NCBI RefSeq assembly: GCF_006345805.1
Contig: NW_021834235.1
Coordinates: 7,027 to 71,026 of the forward strand
DNA: 64,000 nucleotides
Direction: 5' to 3'
DNA from: Octopus sinensis
Lineage: Eukaryota
The position numbers were made by a program, and so were the translations under genes. Below, one piece after another: positions 36,373 through 48,711 of this stretch. Positions within the stretch are counted from its first letter, which is position 1. Each line of letters begins with the position of its first letter. Below the pieces are notes generated by a model that was not told where the DNA came from, did no database searches, and was given only the letters and a program-made list of their open reading frames with translations.

Positions 36373-36935
36373 CATATGGGTGTGTGCGGTGTATAAATAT
36401 ATATATATATATAACCTATTTAACGTTAGCTCTCTTATATTTACGAATAAATATGTATTGTCTCCCTGGTTTATAGTGCTAGGTCGCTTGGTGTTAAAAT
36501 AAGGGTATTATTAAATTAATATCTAATTTTTCACCCTCATTTTTGAATTTATGAATTTGATACGCTGCAGTAAATATTACATGCGGTATTCGCTTCCACT
36601 AAGTCTTAGCATATGCTTTTGGCGGGGAACTTGTAAGTACAACCCTGAATGTAATCGATCAGACCGCATGGGTAATCGTCGCCCGTGTAGGTCTGATAAA
36701 TTGCATCGATGACAAATGTTGCTGATGATTTATAGATATATATATGTGAGTATAATTTGCATATTATATTGATAAAGAAACAATTGTACAACATTAATCC
36801 ACTTTTTAGTTGTATTTCACTTTCCTTACGTTGAGGGTAGTGCTATTTCTATGTCGAGGTATCGTCAGCGATTATACCGGAGGAGCTATTTCTAGCACTA
36901 GAGTTAACCTATTTAACGTTAACTCTCTTATATTT

Positions 36936-36972
<37 letters not shown>

Positions 36973-36974
<2 letters not shown>

Positions 36975-37179
36975 GTGACCTCGTGTGTACCGTTGGCGAT
37001 TGTTTTTCCTCTGTCTTCCCTTCTCTGGATCTTTCCTTCTCCTATGTTTCCGACGAAGAGCTCCGCTCGAAACGTTAAACCCTCCTTCTTTCCTTCTTTC
37101 CTGAGCGTCCAATAATACTATATTGTTCCACGTGCTCGCGTTGTTGTGTTTTTTTTTGTGCTTTCTTGTTTGGATTAAC
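36973..37179 (+). mobile_element. About 205-bp repeat in (TA)n carrying a hammerhead-like motif at 37046-37080
   Basis: GTTT-CCGACGA-A-GAGC-TCC-GCTC-GAA-ACGT-T-AAAC; further copies at 47268 and 62064. Confidence 0.75.
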
Positions 37180-37191
37180 TATATATATATA

Positions 37192-37245
<54 letters not shown>

Positions 37246-37408
37246 TATATATAAAAGGGGAAGCCGTTTCTAACCACTTTGGAAAGCAGTTAACTGCGTA
37301 TTCAGCTGTAGTTTATACCGGGATTCTAGTTGTATACCAAACTGTGCACTCAGAGTACAAACCTGTTAGTTTGAGGCACTCTGATGAAAACGCCACGTAT
37401 ATTTTTTG

Positions 37409-37608
<200 letters not shown>

Positions 37609-37624
37609 CTGATTGATTGATTGA

Positions 37625-38050
37625 TTGATTTGTGAGTAAGTGTGTGTGTTTGCCCCTACCCGCCGCTCGATAATAGATATTGATAAGCGTGCATCCCCGT
37701 AACTTAGCGGTTCAGCCAAAGAGCCACATAGAATAAGTACCAGATAAGTACAGATAAGTACTAAAGTCGATTCGTTCGACTAAAGTAAGACGGTGCCCCA
37801 GTATGGTCGCAGTCTAATGACTGAAACAAGCAAAACATAAAAAAGAGAAATCTGTTTTAATTCGTTTTAAGGTTATATATATAGAGTGCAGCGTCCCCGT
37901 CACTTAGCGGTTCGGCAAAAGAGACCGATAGAATAAGTACTGGGCTTACAAAGAATAAGTCCCGGGGTCGATTTGCTCGACTAAAGGCGGTGCTCCAGCA
38001 TGGCTGCAGTCAAATGACTGAAACAAGTAAAAGAGTAAAGAGTAAAGAGT
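37625..38050 (+). mobile_element. Two SINE family B 3' modules in tandem
   Basis: cgtccccgt(a/c)acttagcggttc occurs twice; (AGAGTAA)n tail. Confidence 0.75.
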
Positions 38051-39116
38051 ATACATACAGTTACCCGTCATACGATGGGCAACTGTATGACTGCATACTG
38101 GATGTTTGTCAGCCATTTTGGGAGTTTTGTGTATTAAAAGAATTAAGCAATGATTTATGTATGTGAGTTAATGGCCTACTGTCATTTCGTGTAGTCACTC
38201 CTCAACGTATTTACCCGAAGATATGTCCACTTTTAGTATTCAGTTACCAATGATGAGTTGAGTCTTTCGTAAAAGGATTAACCATCAAAGGAGCAGACGA
38301 TTTAACTATGAATATTAACACTGAAGCTGCCGAGTTCGCTGCTAAAAACAACGGAAACACGTTGTAATTACTCAATTAGATTTTAGTACAGATTTAAAAC
38401 TCTCTCATGAGTGTAGTTAGGACTGGAAAGGTTTTTAACCAGCTGACATTTTCTAGATACACTACAGTAAGGTGGAGTTTAAGAGGTTTGCTCTTCTACG
38501 ACCCAATTTCGTTTATTTTTTATTATTTTTCTAAAATAATTGATCGTTTAAACTATTTTAGAGAAATTGCATGAAGTTGGCAATCCATAAGTAACGATTT
38601 CATCTAAGTAATATGATATATTTTAGAGCCCAAAATATTTTCTCTTTCATTAGATTTTATTCAATCTAGAGATGTGTGTTTTATTTAAACGGGTGTGTAA
38701 ATTTTAGAATTAATTGTCTAATTTTATCGGTGACAATAAACTATTTAAACTCTTTAGTCAAATAGTTCTTCATCTAAAAACCCATTTCGCCTTCGAGGTT
38801 AAAATCTCTAGACAACCTTCTGTAACCTGACAACCGAACTATTTGCAGTTTTGACCTAGCTGACGCTCGCTAAATTCGAAATGGCCCGAAATCACCGAAT
38901 TAAAAATGAACTGCATGCATACCTTTGATAAGGAAATCTATGTGCAGACGTTCTCCCTCCAGAAATAGCAGCCAATCATCCTTTATATCATATACATTAT
39001 TATCCTTTAAAAAATGGAAGGATATATTAGCATAGCCTACGTGATCTCTTTTTCTTTCTCTCACCACATGTGTACATACACACACACACACATACATACA
39101 TACATACATACATACA

Positions 39117-39150
<34 letters not shown>

Positions 39151-39715
39151 CACACACACACACACATACACACACACTGTGTGCAAATGCTTACAACAAC
39201 CACAAGAAACTTGCAAGAGGGGCGGTGTTTGCTAATAATGAAATCGACAATCTTCGTTTTTTAATCTGATTTGCAAGATTCTTAATGCGAATTCGTGTGT
39301 TGGAGAAAATTTTGCTGTGTCTGCCTTGTTATCTAACACACTCTCCGGCGATAACGTACAACGTCAACAGCCATTGACAAGGTTGCATCAAAAGCAACGA
39401 AAACTTTGGAGAAAAAGGAAATATAAATGATAAATGAGTAAAAATCGAACCGGTGAATGCGTTAGACAAGGCATGAAGACGGTATGACTCTTCCCAGAAG
39501 CAACAAAATTGACTATATTTCTGATGGAAATATTAACGGCTTCTCACACTGTAATTCATAAAATTTATTGGGTTTCGTTGACTCTGAAGGGATGAAAGGC
39601 AATTTTTTTTCTGTGTGAGATTTGAACCCAGAATCTTTTTGCCAAAGAGAAGGATGCGTTGAAGGTAAAAAAGACTCAACTCAAAGTAGATAGAACCTCT
39701 CAAAATTATATATCC

Positions 39716-40101
39716 TTTTCTATTCTAGGCACAAGGCCCGAAACTTTTGAGGGGGGCCAGTCGATTAGATCGACCCCAGTACGCAATTGGTACTTGATTT
39801 ATCGATCCTGAAAGGATGAAAGGCAAAGTCGACCTCGGCGTAATTTGAACTCAGGACGTAAAGACAGACGAAATACCTATTTCTTTATTACCCACAAGGG
39901 GCTAAACATAGAGGGGATAAACAAGGACAAACAAACGGATTAAGTCGATTACATCGACTCCAGTGCGTAAGTGGTACTTAATTTATCGACCCCGAAAGGA
40001 TGAAAGGCAAAGTCGACCTCGGTGGAATTTGAACTCAGAACATAAAGACAAACGAAATACCGCTAAGCATTTTGCCCGGCGTGTTAACGTTTCTGCCAGC
40101 T
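39716..40101 (-). mobile_element. SINE family A dimer (head-core-linker-core-tail)
   Basis: aaatac at 39871 and 40055, a 184-bp period. Confidence 0.9.
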
Positions 40102-40731
40102 AGCAGCTGTTCTTAGAAATATATATTAAAATAAATTTGATGCTTGTATAATCGTATTTGTAGCTAATCTAAAGTAACAATTAGTTTCGTTTCAGCTGAA
40201 TGCTAATTTATTAACTCATTGCAACGGAATGTATCTACGGACGTGACCGGAAACTTGCCCTCTCCTTCGAAAATTTGAAAAGAAGGAAGACATTGCAAAG
40301 GAAGGAACGTGATAAATATAACGACGAGCATTTGTCAGAAATAACGATGATCGCTTCTTGCTTCTTCAGATACAGAAAAAGAAAGATATACACACACACA
40401 CACACACACACGCATACACGCGCGCGCACACACATAGACACATGCATGCATACACGCATACACTCACGAGCACATGTACTCACACGTAGGCACAGACACG
40501 CACAAAAACACATACACACATACACGTATACATATACATGGCTTTTCTAATAGGAGTCTCAAGAGCTCAACAATTTTGATAAGGCTAACACCACACCAAC
40601 GCACAGACATATCTATACAGCCACACAAACATAAATACATAATGTCTTTGTATCTATCATAAAAATATGTTAATGGTTGTTCGTAGACATCATACATCCA
40701 ATTAAACGCTAACACATTTTTATGTAGTAAA

Positions 40732-41164
40732 GGATCTTTTCGGTTTGAACGGCAGTTTTTTCTAGCGGTGTCATATGAAATTGTCACCCATAATTATGAC
40801 CCTAGTATCGATCTATTGCATTTCAATCTGTTTTAGGGTTAGGGTTAGGGTTAGAGTTAGGGGTGAGGGGAAGCGTATCTTTTTTTCTTCACAAATGTAA
40901 ATAAACCCAATCTGTTTCTTAAACGAGGGACATATTCATACGGCACAGAATGTTTTTTTTACCTCAATAGACGTCATTGATTGGTTGAAATTGAGGAAAT
41001 TGAAGAAAAAAACAACAACAAATATCTTACAAACTATAGAATTTTCTCAATAAAGCCAAGAGAAAAAGATGTTTTATAAACATATTCTACCATTATACGA
41101 AGTTTAAAAGTGTTTAGTTACCTAGAAATTATGTTAAAATTTGCCGTTCAAACCGAAAAGATCC
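40732..41164. mobile_element. MITE with 23-bp perfect TIRs and internal (TTAGGG)5-like tract
   Basis: ggatcttttcggtttgaacggca / tgccgttcaaaccgaaaagatcc; TTAGGG units at 40833-40862 (one is TTAGAG). Confidence 0.8.
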
Positions 41165-41222
41165 CACCTTTTCATGTACTAAATGCATCATACATCTAAC
41201 TCCACATTGAATTTTACATTAA

Positions 41223-41457
41223 CCCTTTGTCTGTTCAAAGCATTTTGATAAGTTTGTCCTAAACGTCCTCGCTCGTTTTCAAACTTTTCGTCAGCCTTTA
41301 TTTCATACATTCGGTGTTAAAATAAAAATTTCCTTTCATACGTCCTAAGTAACTCTGGCGGATGAAAAGAATCGGGAATGTACATCATACATGATGCATG
41401 ATTACCGGAGAAATATGTCTTTTGATATCGCTTGTAATACAAAGGACAGACAAAGGG
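41223..41457. mobile_element. piggyBac-type MITE, 235 bp
   Basis: TTAA|CCCTTTGTCTGT...ACAGACAAAGGG|TTAA: 12-bp perfect TIR and TTAA target-site duplication. Confidence 0.85.
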
Positions 41458-43040
41458 TTAAATAAAGATTTCTCTTCAGCCTCCCTTCTTCCTTAAAATT
41501 TTCTTCTTGATTTAATGCAAACCCAACATTTGTAAGAGAATGGATTAAAATGACTCAGTATATAACTGGTATTATTTTAACCATTTCTCATGAAGTGTAT
41601 CTAAAATGAAATGTCATCGAGGTCGTGAAGCTGCGAGGTGGCACATTGTTGGTTCGGAGCAATGAAAGAAATGTAATCTGAATGCTAACCCGGTCAAACA
41701 CACAACTAAAGAGGTGCAAATTAATACAATGCCAGTAGAAAAACACCAACAGAGGTGTGAGTGTATCGAAAGTTATTGCTAATGGGATATGAAGACAAGA
41801 CTTCGGGACATGCCTTAAGAACCTGATACATATCATTGGATCTCTGTCCCGTTGTCACTGCTATGTCCCAATGGCAATATTGCCCGAATCCTCGTCGCAA
41901 CAGATATGTCCCATGATGACGACATTTATTTCGTCGTCTCTACGGGTCTGCTCCGAACTGCGAACCTTCGCCGACAACTCCTGGCATGTGCAGGAACTGG
42001 TTCGCAATCCATTATCAGTTGTGTTTTTTTTTTTTGTCTTTTCACTTCGCCCCAAAATGGGGAAAAAGACAAACTCACAAAATTCACAAGCCCGCAGGCA
42101 AAAATAGTACTTATCAAATTCAACAATTCAAATCAAAGGTTCACCCTCGCGGGAGACCCCTCAACAGGCATACAACACAACTCACATCGACCGAAATCAA
42201 AAGATTTAACAACAGGAGCAACAATCTTCGCTGACCGACCCTACTGACTGTGTCAGTCCCCTATTTATTAGTAGTGGACCAGCCCACTTCTCGCCTGGGG
42301 GGCCTCCACCACAACAGAATCCATTGTCTTTTAGCTACAATTCTACGAGAAACAAAGCAAAACGCGAAAAATCCAAGAAATATAAGAATGTAAGATTGCA
42401 TCGTGTTTATTTCTGAATTATTATCTGTGTTTATTAGTGTTTCCATGTAGACGTGTGTTAGCACCGAGCTACAAGATGTCATGGCTATTTTTGCGAACAC
42501 AGCACTTCTTTTTTTTTTATTTTGTTTTTATATATTATCTAATTTTTGCCAATGAAGTCTCTTTCCTCAAGTACATAAAGACATTCAAGTGCCAGTCAGC
42601 AGCAATTTGTGTGACTGAGTGCAGAATTATGAGTAGAGTCCCGTATATGGTATATGTCAGTGCTTCTAGATAGACACACGGTGACACAGTTAACACACAT
42701 ACACACACACACAAACACACAGAGGCACGCACACACGTACACATACATAGACGAACAATCATATATACAAATATATTCGTGAATTCATAGAAATATAACT
42801 ACGTAGGTGTGTGTGTGTGTGTGCGTATGCATATGTGTGTGTGTGTTGTGAATGTATGTGAATATGATATGTCGTCTGCATATTTCGAGAGGATACTTAA
42901 ATAGTTATTAAGTGAGCTGCCGGGATTTCACAAACACACTAGAAATACGTCATTAACTACAGATGCAATCGAGTGCAAGTATTGAACACCTTGATGATTG
43001 ATAGGGATTTGTATCGATATCAGTGAATAGATACATTATT

Positions 43041-43282
43041 TACATTATTTACATTCGACGGATATTTGTCCTCATCTTGTTTGTTGTTAACATAACGTTT
43101 CGGCTGATATACCCTCCAGCCTTTATCAGGTGTCTTGGGGAAATTTCGAACCTGGGTTTCCCCAAGATACCTGAAGAAATTTCTCCAAGACATCTGATGA
43201 AGGCTGGATGCTATATCAGCCGAAACGTTGTGTTAACAACAAACAAGATGAAGACAAATATCCGTCGAATGTAAATAATGTA
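43041..43282. mobile_element. Inverted pair (107-bp arms) of a hammerhead-bearing repeat, Penelope pseudo-LTR-like
   Basis: 43041-43147 vs 43176-43282. The spacer holds a third partial copy (ccccaagatacctgaaga). Confidence 0.8.
43189..43234 (+). ncRNA. Minimal type-I hammerhead-like motif with intact core
   Basis: GACAT-CTGATGA-A-GGCTG-GATGCTATAT-CAGCC-GAA-ACGT-T-GTGTT. Confidence 0.65.
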
Positions 43283-43489
43283 CATAATTCCTCATCTCTT
43301 AAATATAGAACTGCAGTGAGTAGATATTCTTAACTTTATGTACTAATAGGTTAACTAAAACTGTTGCAACACGATTAACTCCCTCGTCATCCACAGCCAA
43401 AACATATACATTGGAAATATATCGCAGATGCCATGGGTGGATTGTTATTAGCAATTTCTGATTTTCAGTAGTTGATTAGTCAGCAGTTC

Positions 43490-43975
43490 ATATCGATTAA
43501 GTATTGAACAAGTAATTAATTGGTTGATGGTTCATATTGATGAAGTGCTGAACGAGTGACCAGTGGCTATTGAACTGGTAGCTGAATGATCGGAAATTTG
43601 CATCGATGGCATACAGAACAAACGGTTGACCGGTGACTCATATCAATGAGGTAGTTAAATGATCGATAGTTCTCTCTATCGATAGGGTATTGAACAACTA
43701 ACTGATTGATTGGGTTGTATCGATGAGGTACAGAACAAGTATCGATTGATAGGAGCATACATATTAACGAAATACTGAACAAGTAGTTAATTGATTGATT
43801 GGAAGTTTATATCGATGAAATTAAAGGTAACTATTAGATTGATAGACATACATATCGATACAATATTGGACATATTGATTGGGTGGGTTGTATTGAAAAG
43901 ATACGAAGCAACAAATTGACTGATAGAAGCAAAGATCTAGTAGATTGAATAGGTTGTATCGATAAGGCACAAAAT
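43490..43975. repeat. Cryptic degenerate minisatellite, about 40-bp unit
   Basis: About 12 recurrences of a (g/a)tatcgatgaggtactgaacaagtagttgattgat-like unit; related sequence at 42975-43025. Confidence 0.65.
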
Positions 43976-45304
43976 ATTTTGAGTCATTGCTCTTCATTTG
44001 AGAATGAGTAGAAGAAAGGAAGTGGCACCAGCCGAAGGACAGGGCTCCAAGTCTTTACAGATTTTATTCCTCACTCAACTTATTGAATTCTTCTAAGAAT
44101 TTCCCTAAGGTTTACTATCTTCAATTATCTCAAATTCCAAATTCAAATTGCTTTCCATACACTATCTAAAAAAATTTTACCTGAGATTTCTCGAAATATT
44201 CCAGTTTGGAAAAGAATGTTTTTACCAGACTATCTGTGTTTCTGATGCACTACATGGAGACAAAACCTTCAATGTAGGACTTGACATAGGAATGATAGCC
44301 AACTGAGTCAACAGCAGCCAGTTTGTGCAAAAGGATCGCCAATTCAAATCGTACGGAAACAAACCAACACACAAACATGTGGTAAGTCAGACCATCAAAC
44401 TTTAAGCTAGTGATTTGGACTGATGCATCTAAACTCTGGGGATCAATAAAACCACAGAATAATTGAAGGGTGAGGACTTGAAATAACGAGTTTAAGTTTG
44501 TTTACGAGATCGGGAGACACCGAGTCTCGTCAAGTTGCTTTGCTCTAGATACACTAGAAAAACAAACTAACGAGGTTAATTACTCAGCAACACCATCTGC
44601 ACGATGAACAACAGCAAGTTAGTGTTAATATTTTTTATACAATGAGTATCAAAAACCTAATTATGAATACTTACGTTGTTAGGAAAAAGACATTAGCTCA
44701 ATGACTAATATTATTTTAATCTTTAGGTTGATTGTAGGATTCCCTTTCAACACTATCTTTATAGGTGACTTTGCGTCAAAAAATCTCAATTGCTAATAAT
44801 AGTCCACCCATGACATTTGCGATATATTTTCAATGTATATATTTTGGGTGTGGATGACAAGAGAGTTAATCGTATTGCAACAGTTTTAGTAAACCAATTA
44901 TTTCATAAGGTTAAGGACATCTACTCACTGATATCTACAGAGTGCACTTGCATCTGCAACAATTTTTCCCGGTTAATGTGGCATTAAGGAGATGAGAGAG
45001 ACGTCAGTCAATCGCAGACAGCATTTTCCCACGAGTGGATTGGAGATCAGGACTGTAAATCAGCGAAACATTCGTCACTTCTAAAATGCTACCGCTAGTA
45101 ATAGACACGTCTTGATTGTACCTGTTTATTTCCCGTGTTTAGCTTTGTAGACAGAAATATTTTAAATTAAGTATCTTGACAACAGACACAATATGGTGCC
45201 GGCAGCAAGATAACAACCACCGAACTCTCGGGCGATTAATTCGACTACATACGTTCATGTAAATTCACGCTTTGAATTAGATCGATGCTGATGTCGCTTA
45301 TATT

Positions 45305-45510
45305 TCTTATTTCTTTACTACCCACAAGGGGATACAGACAGAGGGAACAAACAAGGACAGAAAAACGGATTAAGTCGATTATATCGACCCCAGTGCGTAA
45401 CTGGTACTTATTTAATCGACCCCGAAAGGATGAATGGCAAAGTCGACCTCGGCGGAATTTGAACTCAGAACGTAGCTGCAGACGAAATGCCGCTAAGCAT
45501 TTTTTCCGGC
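45305..45510 (-). mobile_element. SINE family A with linker
   Basis: tttctttactacccacaaggg...gtcgacctcggcggaatttgaactcag. Confidence 0.8.
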
Positions 45511-45529
45511 ATTATTATTATTGTTGTTG

Positions 45530-45592
<63 letters not shown>

Positions 45593-45595
<3 letters not shown>

Positions 45596-45768
45596 ATTTC
45601 TATTTCAAGATATTTATACTTGCTCAGTCTTTGGAAGGTCTTGACAGATACATTTATATCGATTGGGATAGTCATATCAATGAAGAGGCAGGATTTTTGT
45701 CTGAAGCCTTTCAATATGATGTCTGGCCTATCTTTCTGTCAGTTTGAATGGTGAAGTTCCAGAGGAGT
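45593..45768 (-). pseudogene. R4/Dong-type LINE restriction-like endonuclease fragment within (AAT)n
   Basis: LWNFTIQTDRKI / (frameshift) PDIILKGFRQKSCLFIDMTIPIDINVSVKTFQRLSKYKYLEIEI. Confidence 0.75.
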
Positions 45769-46169
45769 TTTTATTATTATTATTATTTTTATTATTATTA
45801 TTATTTTTATTATTATTATTATTGTTGTTGTTGTTGTTGTTGATGTTGTTATCATTATTATTATTATTGTAGTTGGTGTTGTTTGTTTGTCCTCTGCGGG
45901 GAGATAAGCCCTTGAGAATAAAGAGCAGGCTCCTAGCTGACTGACTTTACAATCTGGTTTCGATTCCTGCATTAAGCCGTTTCTTTTCATTTATGCCATT
46001 AATACCTTCTGGGAAAATATTACACAGCCATGCCATCCTCCTTAAATTCCCATGGTCCTTGCTTATATAAGAAACCTTTTTTTATTATATCAGAAATTAT
46101 TAATACCACCTGCTATCTACGGCGTAAGTGATCACAGATCTCATAATAAACACACCCACACGCTTATAC

Positions 46170-46222
<53 letters not shown>

Positions 46223-46467
46223 ATATATGATAAAATAATGTCTGTGCACGACATAGGCACTCTTAAAGATGATGTATAATTAAGGTCGCAATAACCTTAA
46301 GCGTAGAAGATTCAGAAAGGTATTTTTCGGAAATGGTATAGTTCTTATCAAGTGACCATTCCTAAAAACGAGTTTTTGACTGCAACAAAATGACGCTAAG
46401 TACAATGCACACACACACACACATATTATATCGAGAGAGAGAGAGAGAAAGAGAGAGACGTGCATAT

Positions 46468-46525
<58 letters not shown>

Positions 46526-46555
46526 ATATATATGCATATGTATATATCTTCTGCG

Positions 46556-46588
<33 letters not shown>

Positions 46589-46642
46589 CGTGTGTATGTG
46601 CATGTGTGCATGTATATATTTTTTAATTCTTTTATTCTATTA

Positions 46643-47022
46643 CTAGCAGTATAGCTCAGTCTTTCTCGGGTTTGTTTTCTTTTCGACCCTTTAAAGTAAA
46701 ATTTTTGCATTTTGTAGCTTGTTATTCTCTTTAAGTGAGCATTTTTCTGATTGAAATGCACCGAAAAATGGCGACACAGCAGTCAAAAGATCGTAAAAAA
46801 AATAGGGATTTTCATAGAAAAAAACACCATTTTGATGTAAATAATTTTTGGTATTAACATGGTCCGATTTGAACTTTTTCTTCTACGGAAGGAAGAGCAA
46901 GCCTTCTGCTATCATAATCTCAATTTTGGTCAACTTGCGCCGAAAGGTCTCGGAGTAGATAGTGTTAGTTGAAGGCTACCAAACCTGCCTCACGCAGACA
47001 ACTTCAGCTTTATATATAAAGA
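46643..47022 (-). mobile_element. Non-autonomous Helitron-like element, full length
   Basis: A|CTAG...tatataaaGA|T on the plus strand gives 5'-TC, 3'-CTAG and an AT target; subterminal hairpin decayed. Confidence 0.7.
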
Positions 47023-47024
47023 TT

Positions 47025-47204
47025 TGTTTCAACCATTTCACTGAAGCCACGCTGAAGCATCGCCTTTAGTCGAAGAAATCGAACCCAGGAGTACTTATTT
47101 TATCGGCCACTTTTGCCTAACCGCTAAGTTACGGGGACGTAAGCACACTAACATCAGTTGTCAAGCAATAGTGGGGCACAAACACATACATACACACACA
47201 CACA

Positions 47205-47235
<31 letters not shown>

Positions 47236-47469
47236 TACACACATATATATATATATATATATTCAAAATGTGACCGCGTGTGTACCGTTGGCGATATTTT
47301 TTTTCCTCTGTCTTCCCTTCTCTGGATCTTTCCTTCTCCTATGTTTCCGACGAAGAGCTCCGCTCGAAATGTTAAACCCTCCTTCTTTCCTTCTTTCCAG
47401 AGCGTCCAATAATACTATAATTGTTCCACGTCCTCGCGTTGTTGTTTCTTTGTGCTTTCTTGTTTGGAT

Positions 47470-47509
<40 letters not shown>

Positions 47510-47553
47510 ATCCAAACAAGAAAGCATATATATATAATATAATAATAATACGC

Positions 47554-47625
<72 letters not shown>

Positions 47626-47737
47626 TACGACGGGCTTCTTTCAGTTTCCGTCTACCAAATCCACTTACAAGGCTTTGGTCGGCCCGAGGCTACAGCAGAA
47701 GACACTCTCACAAGGTGCCACGCAGTGGGACTGAACC
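47025..47737 (-). mobile_element. SINE family B interrupted by the hammerhead-bearing repeat
   Basis: 3' module 47025-47200 and head 47625-47737. Confidence 0.75.
47268..47473 (+). mobile_element. Second copy of the 205-bp hammerhead-like repeat (motif 47343-47377), followed by an inverted 21-bp terminus across (TA)n
   Basis: tgctttcttgtttggattaac-(TA)n-gttaatccaaacaagaaagca at 47453-47526. Confidence 0.8.
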
Positions 47738-47799
47738 CACTATTAATAATGATGATAATAATAATAATAATAATAATGATGATAATAATAATAATAATA

Positions 47800-47853
<54 letters not shown>

Positions 47854-48001
47854 TAACCCTTGCTACTATAGGCACAAGGCCTGTAATTTGGGGGAGAGAG
47901 TCAATTAAATTGATTCCAGTTCACAAACGGTACTTATTTTATTGACCCCGAATAGATGAAAAGCGAAGTCGACCTCGGCGGATATAATAATAATAATGTT
48001 A

Positions 48002-48054
<53 letters not shown>

Positions 48055-48130
48055 AATGATTCTGCTACTACTACTACTAATAATAATAAGAACAACAACA
48101 ACGAGAACTATAATAACAATAATAATAATA

Positions 48131-48545
48131 GTCAGTTGTTTGACCTTAACGAGTTGAGCATGTCCCCTAGTGGCTGACGATATGTGCAACTCTGATCATG
48201 AGCAGAAGTAGTGGGGGAGCATCGTAGCCGTGTGTTGAAAGGAATTCTTGGAGGTTTGGATAATTCACCTTTGGAAACATGGGTGGTTCCTTCAACATCC
48301 TTAAACAACCCTTATTCAGGGACCTTTTGAGCGAGATGGGCTATTCGACCAGAAGAAAATTCTAACTGGGCCCCACCTGCAAGGTCATGCGCTGTTTATC
48401 TTGATATGAGATCTCCATGCCGCGCACATATGGTTGTGATGCATGTGCCTGGTGTACCTTTATCAGACGGGTAGTCATGATGGGTATATTGGGCTTCGTA
48501 TATTTTACCCCAGTGTCACTTTGATGGCATGCACTGCTCTCTCAC
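48131..48545 (+). mobile_element. Unclassified retroposon-like sequence ending in (AAT)n
   Basis: Higher-GC block between AAT tracts ending ctctctcactc(aat)n; single copy in this window. Confidence 0.35.
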
Positions 48546-48547
48546 TC

Positions 48548-48585
<38 letters not shown>

Positions 48586-48623
48586 TGATGATGATGATGA
48601 TGATGATAATAATAATAATAGTA

Positions 48624-48701
<78 letters not shown>

Positions 48702-48711
48702 TATTCAATAA

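Noticed and set aside
36838-36900. Minus-strand CTGACGA...GAAA with tagtgcta/tagcacta inverted repeat
   Set aside because: Stem II has only 2 of 4 pairs, there is no U at 16.1, and no stem I.
40833-40862. TTAGGG tract as a chromosome end or fusion site
   Set aside because: Only five units, enclosed by MITE TIRs.
44229-44381. Possible exon with ttttaccAG acceptor and GTG|GTAAGT donor
   Set aside because: Stop codons occur in all three frames; there is no evidence for a non-coding exon without RNA data.
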